DNA from: an uncultured Clostridia bacterium
GTDB taxonomy: Bacteria > Bacillota > Clostridia > Oscillospirales > SIG627
Assembly (NCBI GenBank): GCA_946645685.1
Contig: CAMPCJ010000003.1
Location: 1-58,481 of the forward strand
Length of the DNA stretch: 58,481 nucleotides
Direction: 5' to 3'
Under the pieces are notes generated by a model, which was given only the letters and a program-made list of their open reading frames with translations, was not told the DNA's origin and searched no databases. This document shows, piece by piece, positions 8,570-18,149 of the stretch. Every line of letters begins with the position of its first letter. The stretch's first letter is position 1. The translations under genes and the position numbers were made by a program.

Positions 8570-10931
8570 AAAAGCCGTTGTAACATTGGAGTTTGACAAG
8601 GTCCTGCGGGACCTTGCCTCTCTTTGCGCCGTGGAAGCGGGCAAAGAAAAGATCCTTTCTCTGATGCCGGAGACCGACGCGGACAGAGTGGCGCTCCTTC
8701 TGAAGCAGACCGCCTCCGCCCGCCGTATTTCCGGGATCCGGGGAGAACCGTCTCTGTCCGCGCATCCTACGCTGCCGGACGTGATCGACCGGTGCGAGAA
8801 GGGGGCGCAGCTCAACGCGGCTGAGCTTTTGCGGGTGGCGCGCCTTTTGCATTCCGCCGACCGGGCAAAGGATTACGGAGAGGCGCTGGAGGGGGAAGAC
8901 GCTGTTTTGGGTGAGATCTTCCGCCGCCTTCTGCCTGATCGGGCGCTCGCCCATGAGATCGACCGCGCGCTGCCGTCCGAGGACGCTGTTGCGGACGACG
9001 CCAGCCCCGCGCTCTTTTCCATTCGCCGAAAAAAGAACGCCTGCGCTCTGAAGATCCGGGAAACGCTGCAGCATTACATTTCCGGCTCTTACGCCGCCTA
9101 TTTGCAGGAGAATATCATTACCTTCCGCAATTCCCGCTACGTTATCCCGGTGAAGAGCGAGTATAAGAACGAGATCCACGGGCTGATCCACGACACCTCG
9201 TCCTCCGGCGCCACCGTCTTCATCGAGCCTATGAGCGTGGTGGAACTGAACAATCAGATCAAAGTGCTGGACGGGGAAGAGCGGGACGAGATCGACCGGA
9301 TCATGTGGGAGCTTTCCCGCCGTGTTTCCGGTGACGCGGATCTTCTTCGCCTGGATTTTATCAATATCGTGGAGCTTTCCGTCATTTTTGCCCGGGCTGC
9401 GCTGGGCGCCCGGATGGAGGGCGTTACCCCCACTATTTCCAAAAACGGCGTTCTGGATCTGAAAAAGGCGAAGCACCCCCTCCTGGATCCCAAAAAAGCG
9501 GTGCCTATTTCCGTTTCCCTGGGGCGTGACTTCGATACGCTGGTGATCACGGGACCCAATACCGGCGGCAAAACCGTCACCTTGAAGACCATGGGGCTTC
9601 TGGCGATGATGGCGCAGTGCGGGATGCAGCTCCCCGCGGAGGAAGCGGAAGTGCCCGTTTATCCCGACGTTCTGGCGGACATCGGCGACGAGCAGAGCAT
9701 CGAACAGTCCCTTTCGACCTTCTCCGCCCACATCGTCAATATCATTGATATGCTGGAGCGTACCAAACCCGGGGTGCTGGTGCTCTTCGATGAATTGGGA
9801 AGCGGCACGGATCCGGTGGAGGGCGCCGCCCTGGCGGAATCGATTTTGATGACCGTTCGGGAAAGGGGCGCCGTGTGCGCCGCCACCACCCATTACGCGG
9901 AACTGAAAACCTACGCGCTGGAGACGGAAGGGGTGGAGAACGCTTCTTGTGAATTTGACATCACCACGCTGATGCCGACGTATCGTCTGATCCTCGGCGC
10001 CCCCGGACGTTCCAACGCCTTTCTCATTGCCTCAAGGCTCGGCTTGTCGGAGGACGTGATCCGCCGCGCCGCCGTTTTGGTAAAAGCGGAAGACCGCCGT
10101 TTTGAGACCGTGGTGGGCAGGCTGGAGGACGAGCGGGTGCTCATGGAGCAAAAGCGGGCGGAAGCGGAGCGGCTTCTTGCCGAAGCCCGTCAAATGCGGG
10201 ATACCGCCCTGGCGGAGCGGGAGGGCTTGCTTGCCGGCGCGGAGAAAGAAGCGGAGCGCGCCAAACGGGAAGCGCTCAGGCTCATTCGCAGCGCCCGCGC
10301 CGTTTCCGATCAGGCGTTTGAAAAGCTGGACGAACTGCGCCGCCGCGCGGAAAAGGAACAAAACCTTGCTTGGCTCTCCGAAGAGCGGCAGCGGATGAGA
10401 CAAAACCTGGGCAAGGTGGAAGACGCCGCGCTGGAAGGCGGCGTCAAGCGGGAGGATGAGAACGATCACTACGTACCGCCCCGTCCCCTGCGGGTGGGGG
10501 ACAACGTATTTCTGCCCCACGTGGGGAAGGAGGGCGTTGTGGAAAACATTCGCGGAGGGGACGTAACCGTTCTGGTCGGCAATCTGCGGATGAAGACCGC
10601 CCTTTCCGGTTTGCGCCTCATCACGGATCTTTCCGGCAGAAAGAAGACCGTGCGGAAGGGAAGCGTCACCGCCTCCCCCCGCTCCGGCACTTCCGGCAGC
10701 GTGGACGTGAGAGGAATGGTGACGGATGACGCCTGGCTTGCGGTGGACAAGTACCTGGACGACGCGATCCTGACGGGGTATGAGACCGTGACCATTATCC
10801 ACGGCAAAGGCACCGGCGCTTTGAAAAAAGGGTTGTGGACTTACTTTAAGGGAGATCCCCGCATCGCTTCTTTTCGTCTGGGAAATTTCGGCGAAGGGGA
10901 CTCCGGCGTCACCGTTATCCGGTTGAAATAA
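8556..10931 (+). CDS. mutS2: Endonuclease MutS2
   Basis: ITGPNTGGKT, DIGDEQSIEQSLSTFS, DELGSGTDP, and a C-terminal Smr domain (IIHGKGTG). Confidence 0.97.
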   Translation: MIPFEKAVVTLEFDKVLRDLASLCAVEAGKEKILSLMPETDADRVALLLKQTASARRISGIRGEPSLSAHPTLPDVIDRCEKGAQLNAAELLRVARLLHSADRAKDYGEALEGEDAVLGEIFRRLLPDRALAHEIDRALPSEDAVADDASPALFSIRRKKNACALKIRETLQHYISGSYAAYLQENIITFRNSRYVIPVKSEYKNEIHGLIHDTSSSGATVFIEPMSVVELNNQIKVLDGEERDEIDRIMWELSRRVSGDADLLRLDFINIVELSVIFARAALGARMEGVTPTISKNGVLDLKKAKHPLLDPKKAVPISVSLGRDFDTLVITGPNTGGKTVTLKTMGLLAMMAQCGMQLPAEEAEVPVYPDVLADIGDEQSIEQSLSTFSAHIVNIIDMLERTKPGVLVLFDELGSGTDPVEGAALAESILMTVRERGAVCAATTHYAELKTYALETEGVENASCEFDITTLMPTYRLILGAPGRSNAFLIASRLGLSEDVIRRAAVLVKAEDRRFETVVGRLEDERVLMEQKRAEAERLLAEARQMRDTALAEREGLLAGAEKEAERAKREALRLIRSARAVSDQAFEKLDELRRRAEKEQNLAWLSEERQRMRQNLGKVEDAALEGGVKREDENDHYVPPRPLRVGDNVFLPHVGKEGVVENIRGGDVTVLVGNLRMKTALSGLRLITDLSGRKKTVRKGSVTASPRSGTSGSVDVRGMVTDDAWLAVDKYLDDAILTGYETVTIIHGKGTGALKKGLWTYFKGDPRIASFRLGNFGEGDSGVTVIRLK

Positions 10932-10945
10932 CGCACCGGCTTCTA

Positions 10946-10982
10946 AAGTGGGAGAAAACGATGGTTTTCCCCCACTTTTTTT
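10946..10982 (+). terminator. Intrinsic terminator after mutS2
   Basis: AAAGTGGGAGAAAAC-gatg-GTTTTCCCCCACTTT followed by a T run. Confidence 0.75.
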
Positions 10983-11036
10983 CTGTTTTCCGGGGAAAAA
11001 AGCGCATTTGTTCCCCACTTTTCACACACAAAAATA

Positions 11037-11053
11037 TGTTAACAAATTGTAAA
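11037..11053 (+). promoter_or_regulatory. WalR/OmpR-type direct-repeat box
   Basis: TGTTAA-caaat-TGTAAA matches the WalR consensus TGTWAH-N5-TGTWAH; lies upstream of a cell-wall hydrolase. Confidence 0.5.
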
Positions 11054-11218
11054 CTTATAAGGGGCGGGGAGGATAAGTTTCCACCGGCTCGCGTAAAATA
11101 GGACGTATATAATAAAAGGAAAAGCGAAGGAAATTTGCCCTGTAAAACGGTAGAATTTCCCAAGCGAAAATAAATATGAATAAAAAATTACCAAAAAGAC
11201 TACAAAGTGTGAACTCCA

Positions 11219-11247
11219 TTGACTTTCCGTCTGAAAGACCCTATAAT
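11219..11247 (+). promoter_or_regulatory. sigmaA promoter of the cell-wall hydrolase
   Basis: TTGACT-17 bp-TATAAT. Confidence 0.75.
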
Positions 11248-11290
11248 GACAACCGCTTTCCCCCAAGCGGCAAACGTAACAGGAGATCGT

Positions 11291-12070
11291 ATGTTTAAAA
11301 AGTATCGAATTCTGTCCGCTCCGTTTGCCTTTTGTGCCACAAGTTTGATCCTGGTGATCGCCATGCTGGTCCCCGGCATATCCCTTCCTGCGAGAAGCGT
11401 GATCGTTGCGGACGCAGCCCCCGCCGTAGTGGAGATCGTTACGGCGGATGAACCCAAGAGCAAAGGAGCGGAATCGGAGGCAAAAGAGAATACCGATCCG
11501 GAAGCTGACGGCAATTCGTCCGTTCGCCCTGCCGGATTCCACGCCATCGAGAAAAACGCGCCCTCTTCCCTTGCCAATGATCTGATCGAGACCAACCCGC
11601 AGTTGGAGCAACAGATCCGGCAGGAAAGCGCCGCCCTTCCCGATGGGGAGACCACACTTCCCGTCAAGAACTTTATCATGTATAATCTGACGGACGAGGA
11701 GTACCGCCTTTTATGCTGGTGCGTGGAAGGCGAGGCGCACGGAAAATCCATGGAGCATCGCTGCATCATTGCTCAGGTCATTTTCAACCGTGTGTTCAAC
11801 GACCGGTTTCCCAATACCGTTAAAGACGTGATCCTCTCTCCCAATCAGTTCAGCGTGATGAGTTGGTATAACCCCAAGCTTTACGACGGTTTTGTCACCG
11901 CGCAGACCGAAGAAGCCGTCAATGCGGTCCTGAACGGGGATGTGGAAGATATGTCTCAAGGCGCTCTTTACTTCTGTAATCCCACCCGCGCCAACAACGT
12001 GGAGTGGTTCGATAACGCACTGGTCACCCTTTTCGAATTTGAGAATCACCGGTTCTATACGGCGCCCTGA
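11291..12070 (+). CDS. Cell-wall hydrolase, Hydrolase_2 (SleB/CwlJ-like catalytic domain)
   Basis: N-terminal hydrophobic segment; VEGEA (catalytic Glu), VIFNRV, FPNTVKDVI, NQFS, GALYFCNP, HRFY; AGGAG RBS. Confidence 0.9.
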   Translation: MFKKYRILSAPFAFCATSLILVIAMLVPGISLPARSVIVADAAPAVVEIVTADEPKSKGAESEAKENTDPEADGNSSVRPAGFHAIEKNAPSSLANDLIETNPQLEQQIRQESAALPDGETTLPVKNFIMYNLTDEEYRLLCWCVEGEAHGKSMEHRCIIAQVIFNRVFNDRFPNTVKDVILSPNQFSVMSWYNPKLYDGFVTAQTEEAVNAVLNGDVEDMSQGALYFCNPTRANNVEWFDNALVTLFEFENHRFYTAP

Positions 12071-12106
12071 TTCTCATAGTTACGAAAAAGATCCGAAAAT
12101 CCGTAG

Positions 12107-12143
12107 AAAAGCAAGAGAACAGTTGTTTCTCTTGCTTTTTTTT
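12107..12143 (+). terminator. Intrinsic terminator
   Basis: AAAAGCAAGAGAAC-agtt-GTTTCTCTTGCTTTTTTTT. Confidence 0.8.
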
Positions 12144-12203
12144 GCGTTGTTTGATAAAATAAATCTGTATCCGTGTATATACACGAAAAAAGGAGTATTG
12201 ATT

Positions 12204-13577
12204 ATGCATCGTTCGTATATGGATCCCAATGATTTCATCAACGTTTCCGATTCCGACAGCCGTATGATCCAGAAGGCGGTAGATGAAGCCGTCCAAACGG
12301 GCTGCGGCAACGTGGTCATCCCCGCTTACAATGAGCGCACCGGATCATACCTTTGGGTGATCGAAGAGAGCATCCTGCTCCCGTCCCACATCACCGTCAC
12401 GCTGGACAACGCGCACCTGCGGATGGCGGACGGCGTTTTCTGTCAAATGTTCCGGAACGCCAACGCCTTTGAGGAGATCGGGCGCACGCCGGAGGGCTTG
12501 CAGGAGGACATCGTCATCCGCGGCGTGGGTCGGGCGATCCTGGACGGCGGCAAGCACAACGGATTGCGGGAAAAAACGTCCCTGAAGGACGGGATGCCCC
12601 ATATCGTGAATAATCTGACTGTGTATCTGCACAACGTGAAGAACTTCCGGATCGAGCATCTTACCATCCGGGATCAGCGGTGGTGGGGCATCACCTTTGC
12701 CTGGGCGTGGGACGGCGTCGTTTCCGATATCCATTTTGAGATCGGCGACAAGAGCGTGCGGGAATCCACGACGCATCCCTGGCGGAACCAGGACGGCATC
12801 GACCTGCGCGTCGGTTGTCACGATATTCAGCTTTTGAACTTGACGGGAGAGACCTGCGACGACATCGTGGCGCTGACCGCCCTGGCGATCCGTCCCAGGT
12901 GTTTTGAGCTGCTTCATTCCTGCGATCACCTGCCTTTTGATATTTACAACGTCACCATCAAGAACATCACCGGCCGCAACAATCATTGCGCGCTGGTGCG
13001 GCTTTTGTGCCATAACCGCCGCCGGATCCACGACATCACCATTGACGGCGTGACGGATACCACCCCGGCGGACGAGGACGTGATCCGTACCGCTTCCTGC
13101 GTCAAGATCGGGGAGAACGGGTATTGTCCCGATCCCGCCCAACGCTGCCTGCCGGAGGAAATGCGGGATATTTTCGTTTCCAACGTGCACTCCGCGGCTT
13201 TGGCGGGGGTTGTCTTGAACTGCGCGGCGCAAAACGTCATCATTCGCAATCTCTCCGTTAGCGAAAAGGGCGACCACGCCATCGCCGTGTCTCAGATCAA
13301 AGCGGGTCGCCATTTGCTGATGGAAGAGGCAGACCGGGATTCCGGGCTTGCCATGGATGCTTCTCAGCGCAGTACACACATCGTCAATCTCCTGGCGGAC
13401 GGCATCAGCTGGGGCAGTACCCGCCGGGGCGCTACGCCTTTCTATTTTGACGGGCTTGTCGCCAAAAACGTGCGTATTCAAAACGTGGCTGTGAAGGGGG
13501 ACGCGGAATTGATGTGCGCCATTCACCCCCAGGAGGACGGGGAAGAGGTCACGTTTGAAAACGTGATCCGTTTCTGA
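12204..13577 (+). CDS. Pectin-lyase-fold (right-handed beta-helix) GH28-like glycosidase, no signal peptide
   Basis: IQKAVDEA N-terminal helix, GRAILDG, NQDGID and CDDIVAL (GH28 NTDG/DD-like), repeated 'NVTIKNI' beta-helix rungs; AAGGAG RBS. Confidence 0.75.
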   Translation: MHRSYMDPNDFINVSDSDSRMIQKAVDEAVQTGCGNVVIPAYNERTGSYLWVIEESILLPSHITVTLDNAHLRMADGVFCQMFRNANAFEEIGRTPEGLQEDIVIRGVGRAILDGGKHNGLREKTSLKDGMPHIVNNLTVYLHNVKNFRIEHLTIRDQRWWGITFAWAWDGVVSDIHFEIGDKSVRESTTHPWRNQDGIDLRVGCHDIQLLNLTGETCDDIVALTALAIRPRCFELLHSCDHLPFDIYNVTIKNITGRNNHCALVRLLCHNRRRIHDITIDGVTDTTPADEDVIRTASCVKIGENGYCPDPAQRCLPEEMRDIFVSNVHSAALAGVVLNCAAQNVIIRNLSVSEKGDHAIAVSQIKAGRHLLMEEADRDSGLAMDASQRSTHIVNLLADGISWGSTRRGATPFYFDGLVAKNVRIQNVAVKGDAELMCAIHPQEDGEEVTFENVIRF

Positions 13578-13614
13578 AAGGATCCGCGATCCATTTTGAA
13601 CAAGAGGAGGGCGT

Positions 13615-16215
13615 ATGAAAAGAGCCGGGACAGGACTTTTTGCGGCATTGCTTTCTTTGGCAATGCTTTTGAGTCCGTTTGCGCTCCCCTCGTGGGCAAA
13701 TGAGAGTTCCTCTCTCATCGGTGACGTGGACGGGGATGGGTTTATCCTGCCCCGTGACGCCGCCATCGTTGCCCGTTATCTCGCCCGGTGGGAGGATTAC
13801 GTGGATGAAGACGGCGCTTTGACGTATCCGGATCAGGAGGACGCCTCCTTCTGTGTGGGCTACGGCAGAGTGGACGTTACGCCGGATCTGTCTTATTACG
13901 CCCGGGTGCCCCTCGCCGGCTTCGGCAATACCAACTCTCGGCTCGCCAGCGGCGTACCGGATGGGGACGGCATTTACGTAACCTGCATCGCCCTGCGGGA
14001 CGAATCGGGGGAGGTGATGCTCCTCTTCACCATGGATCGGTTGAGTCTGAGCGGCTTGAAGGCGACCTATCATAAGACCTACCTTGCCGATTGCTTGAAA
14101 AGCGCGGTGGAGAGAGCCACCGGCATTTCCACGGACCATATGGCGGTGAACGTGTCCCATACGCACTCCGCGCCGGAGGGGCCCACGTCTTTTGTTGACT
14201 CACCCGCGGGCTGGGGCTATATGACTCGATATTACCAGGAAGTGTTCCAGAAGGGCGTTCAGGCGGCGCGCCGCGCCTTGGCGGATCTGTCTCCCGCCAC
14301 CTTGTGGGCGGGGGATACCAGCGTGGCTGATCTAAACTTTGTCCGCCGCCACCTGACCTGGTACGCCAGCACCGCTTCTGCGGCGGGATATCAGACCCGC
14401 TCCGTCATCGGAGAGGGGGAGGGTACCACCAACCGCGTCGGCTATGAAGCGCCCAATCCCGTGGACGACGGCGGGGTATATTATGAGCATGAGACCCCTG
14501 CGGACAACGAGGTGCAGTACCTTGTCTTCAAGCGCGAGGGGGTCAAGGACGTTTTGCTCTATAACTGGCAGTGCCACGCGGACATTACCGGGAACGACTG
14601 TTACGATCTGAACGAAGACGGCTCTTATCACGCCTTTTCCTACAACGCTTCGGATTACAAAAATATCAATAAGACCATCCTTGCGCCGGGCAACCGTGTC
14701 ATTACCTCGGACTACATTGCCGGGGTACGCCGCGTGCTGGACGAGCAGGAAGGGTATCTGACGGCGTTTTTCAACGGCGGCAGCGGCAATATGAATTATT
14801 ACGACTACGTGGGCTACGCCATGAACGCCCGTTACGGCAGAGCGGAGTATGAACAATACCGACTGCCCGGATGGGACGATCGGTATTATGACTACGCCTC
14901 TTCCTTCTCGACCAGCACCGGGCGCAAAGGGTACTGGAAATCCCAAATGGTCGGCGCCATCGTCGCCGACGCCATCAAGAAGGATATCGCCGCCACCGAC
15001 TCGCCCTTTGTGTATGATACGCCCGTTCACCACGATGTGGTTTCCACCCAGGCGCAAAGCGGCAGAACGTACGTGGATGAAGAAGGAAATACGCAAAGCG
15101 TGATCAGCCACAACTGGACGAATGATTTTGAGGGTATGGTGCAGCTTCCCACCGGGAAATTGAATATGATCCATTCCACCTATTACACCACCTTTGAGAA
15201 TGACGATCTGGCGCTGAAGACCGTGATGTCGTACTTGTCCGATCTGGCGCGGTACGGCAGGGTCAGCGTGGGCGACGACGGGGATATCCTCCTGCGCGGC
15301 ACCGAAGCCATTGAGCCGGACGGCTCTAACGGTACCGCCTTGTATACCATCACCTACACCTATAAAAACAAAACAGGGACGGAGACCATCACCGAAAAAG
15401 AAGTCGATGCGATCCGCGCGCTTGCCCGGGAGTATGCGCAACGAAAGACGGTCGCGGAACAAAAAGCCTTTGCCTGGGAGGTTTTGAATACCTATCGGGA
15501 TCTTGTGGTAAAGTCGTTCAGCGCCGGGATGTATGAAAACGGCGGCAGCGGCGGCTCCTATAACGCCGCCTACAAAAAGGCGCGGACCCTTGCCCGCCTC
15601 GCCACCGGACTGTATCTGAGCAATTATTCCGCCAACGCCCTCTATAACCGCATTTCTTACACCGATCTGGATCACGAGGATACGGACGTTACGAAATATA
15701 CCGAGGGCGTTCCTTTGTCCTGCCTTTCCATCGGCAAGTCCGTGGCGTTTACCTTTATGCCCTATGAAATGTTTGATACGGTGGGGCAGATGATCAAGGA
15801 CGGGCGCTATATCGTGTATGACGAAAGCGGTGCGCCCGTTACCGAGACCCGCGTCGCCACTCCGCCCACCGGCAAAAGCGGGTCCACCTATACGGGGCTT
15901 GATGGCGCCAAGCGGCCGTATCCGTCCATAAGCTACGAAGCGGCGACCTATACGTATACCGACGCCAAATCGCCCTTTCCCATGACCTTTGCCTGCGGCT
16001 ATACCGACGGCTCCGTGGGATATATGCCCACGCGCTACGCGCGCTTTCATCCCGAATCTCAGAATTATCAGAACGGGTATGAGACCTACGTTACCTATTA
16101 CGCCGCCGGCTCCACGGAAGATCACACGTCGGAGATCCTGGAAATGCTTCACCTTTTGTACACCGACGGGGATACCTCCCCTCGCGTGACCGGGCATCTT
16201 TCCGGCGTTTCGTGA
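13615..16215 (+). CDS. Secreted neutral/alkaline ceramidase-family metalloamidase with a single N-terminal dockerin-like repeat (copy 1)
   Basis: Signal peptide (…PSWA); GDVDGDGFILPRDAAIVARYLA; VGYGRVDVTP, PLAGFG, SHTHSAP, NWQCHAD, GGSGNMN, PYEMFD, GYMPT and GYET motifs. Confidence 0.8.
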   Translation: MKRAGTGLFAALLSLAMLLSPFALPSWANESSSLIGDVDGDGFILPRDAAIVARYLARWEDYVDEDGALTYPDQEDASFCVGYGRVDVTPDLSYYARVPLAGFGNTNSRLASGVPDGDGIYVTCIALRDESGEVMLLFTMDRLSLSGLKATYHKTYLADCLKSAVERATGISTDHMAVNVSHTHSAPEGPTSFVDSPAGWGYMTRYYQEVFQKGVQAARRALADLSPATLWAGDTSVADLNFVRRHLTWYASTASAAGYQTRSVIGEGEGTTNRVGYEAPNPVDDGGVYYEHETPADNEVQYLVFKREGVKDVLLYNWQCHADITGNDCYDLNEDGSYHAFSYNASDYKNINKTILAPGNRVITSDYIAGVRRVLDEQEGYLTAFFNGGSGNMNYYDYVGYAMNARYGRAEYEQYRLPGWDDRYYDYASSFSTSTGRKGYWKSQMVGAIVADAIKKDIAATDSPFVYDTPVHHDVVSTQAQSGRTYVDEEGNTQSVISHNWTNDFEGMVQLPTGKLNMIHSTYYTTFENDDLALKTVMSYLSDLARYGRVSVGDDGDILLRGTEAIEPDGSNGTALYTITYTYKNKTGTETITEKEVDAIRALAREYAQRKTVAEQKAFAWEVLNTYRDLVVKSFSAGMYENGGSGGSYNAAYKKARTLARLATGLYLSNYSANALYNRISYTDLDHEDTDVTKYTEGVPLSCLSIGKSVAFTFMPYEMFDTVGQMIKDGRYIVYDESGAPVTETRVATPPTGKSGSTYTGLDGAKRPYPSISYEAATYTYTDAKSPFPMTFACGYTDGSVGYMPTRYARFHPESQNYQNGYETYVTYYAAGSTEDHTSEILEMLHLLYTDGDTSPRVTGHLSGVS

Positions 16216-16228
16216 GAGGAGGCGGACT

Positions 16229-18001
16229 ATGCGTATCAAGATCGTTTCCCTCCTGCTCGCCGTATTCCTTCTTTTGCCGATCTTTTCCGTTTCATCCTTT
16301 GCCTTGACCCCTGCGCAGGCGGCGGACGTGGATGGCGACGGCACCGTTACCGCCCGGGACGCGGCGATCCTTGCCCGTTTTACCGCCGGTTGGAGCGGAT
16401 ATGTGGATGAACAGGGCGGGCTGACTTACCCCTGGAAAAAGGCGCCGACTCCCGGCGACTTTGTCAAATCCTTTGATCCCGATCACCCCGTTGATTTTGG
16501 CGGCTACACCTTCCGCATTCTCACCTTCGGGGGCGGAGACAACGGAACGCGGGATTATAACGGCGAGACGGTTCAGAATTTCTCCATCACCCATTTTTCC
16601 GTGATGGATGTGTCTCCCTGGACGGAGGGAAGCCGGTTTGACAGCGAGGATCGCGCCAAGCATTTCACGAAAATGAGCCGGGCGGTCGCCGCCCGCAACG
16701 CCTACCTGGAGACGACCTATAACTGTCATATCGAAGAAGTGCGGGTGCTGGATCCCTTTTCCGAATTGTATGACGACGTGCTCAGCGGCTCCCGATCCTA
16801 CGACCTCGCTACCTGCAGTGTGGGCTTGCTTTCTTCTGCATCGGCTTACGCCAATCTGTCCGGTCTCAGTGCGCCTGCCCAAGTCACCTCCGGCGTTTTC
16901 GCCAACGTGTTGAAGATCCCCACCGTGGATATTACGAAAGAATGGTACGACGGCGATCTCCTGAAGGGCCTCGCCTGGAACGATACGCTGTATTATCTGA
17001 CGGGCGCCTCGGATTCCACGCTGCGCCAGGCGGTGTTTTTGCCTATCATCGGCTTGAAAAGCGTCTCGGACGCCTACGCCGACCTGAAGGATCCTCTTGC
17101 GGCGGGGAATTACCTATATGATCTGATCCTGAACGGGGAGTGGACCGTGGATAAGTTGACGGAGATCGTCAACACCTGCTACGCCGCCTATCCCGATAAG
17201 ACCGGGCGCTATACCTATTCCGCCGCTTCCACCAGCAACATCATCTTTGCCCTGGGAGCCGGCTTTTCTCCCTGCGACCCCGCCGGGGACAGCCTCTACG
17301 CCGATTTCGATTCCTGCCCCGGCAGCGCCGCCTTTATGAAGCTGCGGGACTTTCTTGCCGCTCGCCGTACCACGTCGGAGCTTAGCGCTTATACGGGCGG
17401 GTTGGAGAAATCCAAAATCATTATGCGCGCCATCGGCGCCGGCGTGTACTGTCACGGAACGGCTTATTCCTATACGGCGGAAGGGAACTGGATCGCCCCC
17501 GTTCCGTTTCCCAAGGGGGACGTGTCCCAGACCTCGTATATCACTCACCCCAATCCCGGCTTCGCCTACCTGTACGTGATCCCCAAAGTAAACAGGGCGG
17601 ATCTGTCTGCCCGGGCGCGCGGCTTTGAAACGGGCGTGGATATGGAGGGATACTTTCTCTCCGCCTTTATGGAAGCGTCTCTGGCGAAGCACAACGATTT
17701 GGGCTACGACGTGCGGGACGCCCTGATTGAGCAGCTTGCAGCTCTCGGCTCCGTCCATAACAGCGCCTTCGTCACCGAGCGTTTTCCTCAGGGAAAGCCC
17801 CGTGCGGTTCTGGACGCAGTCTTCGACGGCTTGACTCTCAACGCCGCTTACGTTTATACGCCCTCCGTTATGAACGCGCTTTCCAACTGCGCCGCTAAGG
17901 ACGAGAACTGGAACACCCTCGCTTCCCGGTATAACAGCGCTTTGGACAAGCAGGCGGAATATCTCGACCGGATCCACGATTACATGAAACTGGATCAGTA
18001 A
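16229..18001 (+). CDS. Secreted solute-binding-protein-like protein with a single N-terminal dockerin-like repeat (copy 1)
   Basis: Signal peptide (SSFA), no lipobox; AADVDGDGTVTARDAAILARF; DFGGYTFRILT, ARNAYLETTYNCHI, VDITKEWYD, LYYLTG, LYDLILNGEWTVDKL and PVPFPK resemble clostridial family-1 SBPs. Confidence 0.7.
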   Translation: MRIKIVSLLLAVFLLLPIFSVSSFALTPAQAADVDGDGTVTARDAAILARFTAGWSGYVDEQGGLTYPWKKAPTPGDFVKSFDPDHPVDFGGYTFRILTFGGGDNGTRDYNGETVQNFSITHFSVMDVSPWTEGSRFDSEDRAKHFTKMSRAVAARNAYLETTYNCHIEEVRVLDPFSELYDDVLSGSRSYDLATCSVGLLSSASAYANLSGLSAPAQVTSGVFANVLKIPTVDITKEWYDGDLLKGLAWNDTLYYLTGASDSTLRQAVFLPIIGLKSVSDAYADLKDPLAAGNYLYDLILNGEWTVDKLTEIVNTCYAAYPDKTGRYTYSAASTSNIIFALGAGFSPCDPAGDSLYADFDSCPGSAAFMKLRDFLAARRTTSELSAYTGGLEKSKIIMRAIGAGVYCHGTAYSYTAEGNWIAPVPFPKGDVSQTSYITHPNPGFAYLYVIPKVNRADLSARARGFETGVDMEGYFLSAFMEASLAKHNDLGYDVRDALIEQLAALGSVHNSAFVTERFPQGKPRAVLDAVFDGLTLNAAYVYTPSVMNALSNCAAKDENWNTLASRYNSALDKQAEYLDRIHDYMKLDQ

Positions 18002-18012
18002 TCCGCCGATCC

Positions 18013-18050
18013 GAAGGATCCCTCGGGGATTTGCCCGGGGGATCTTTTTT
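18013..18050 (+). terminator. Intrinsic terminator after cassette copy 1
   Basis: AAGGATCCCTCGGG…CCCGGGGGATCTTTTTTT. Confidence 0.8.
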
Positions 18051-18073
18051 CATGCGCCATTACGTTTTTTTAT

Positions 18074-18102
18074 TTGACTTTTATACGCGAAAATGTTAGA
18101 AT
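18074..18102 (+). promoter_or_regulatory. sigmaA promoter of cassette copy 2
   Basis: TTGACT-17 bp-TAGAAT with extended -10 TG. Confidence 0.75.
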
Positions 18103-18149
18103 AGTCTGTAAAGATGGGCAACGTTTATCATCCTGAAAGGATCGCGTAT

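Noticed and set aside
10932-11290. c-di-AMP or c-di-GMP riboswitch upstream of the cell-wall hydrolase
   Set aside because: I could not find the conserved aptamer motifs, and the sigmaA promoter leaves only a ~40-nt leader. An Rfam scan would settle it.
14332-16344. 670-aa antisense ORF (also 18186..19475, 12345..13766, 8511..9893, 1607..2812 and others)
   Set aside because: Shadow ORFs opposite well-supported genes. They are expected from GC-rich codon bias, and have no RBS or recognisable motifs.
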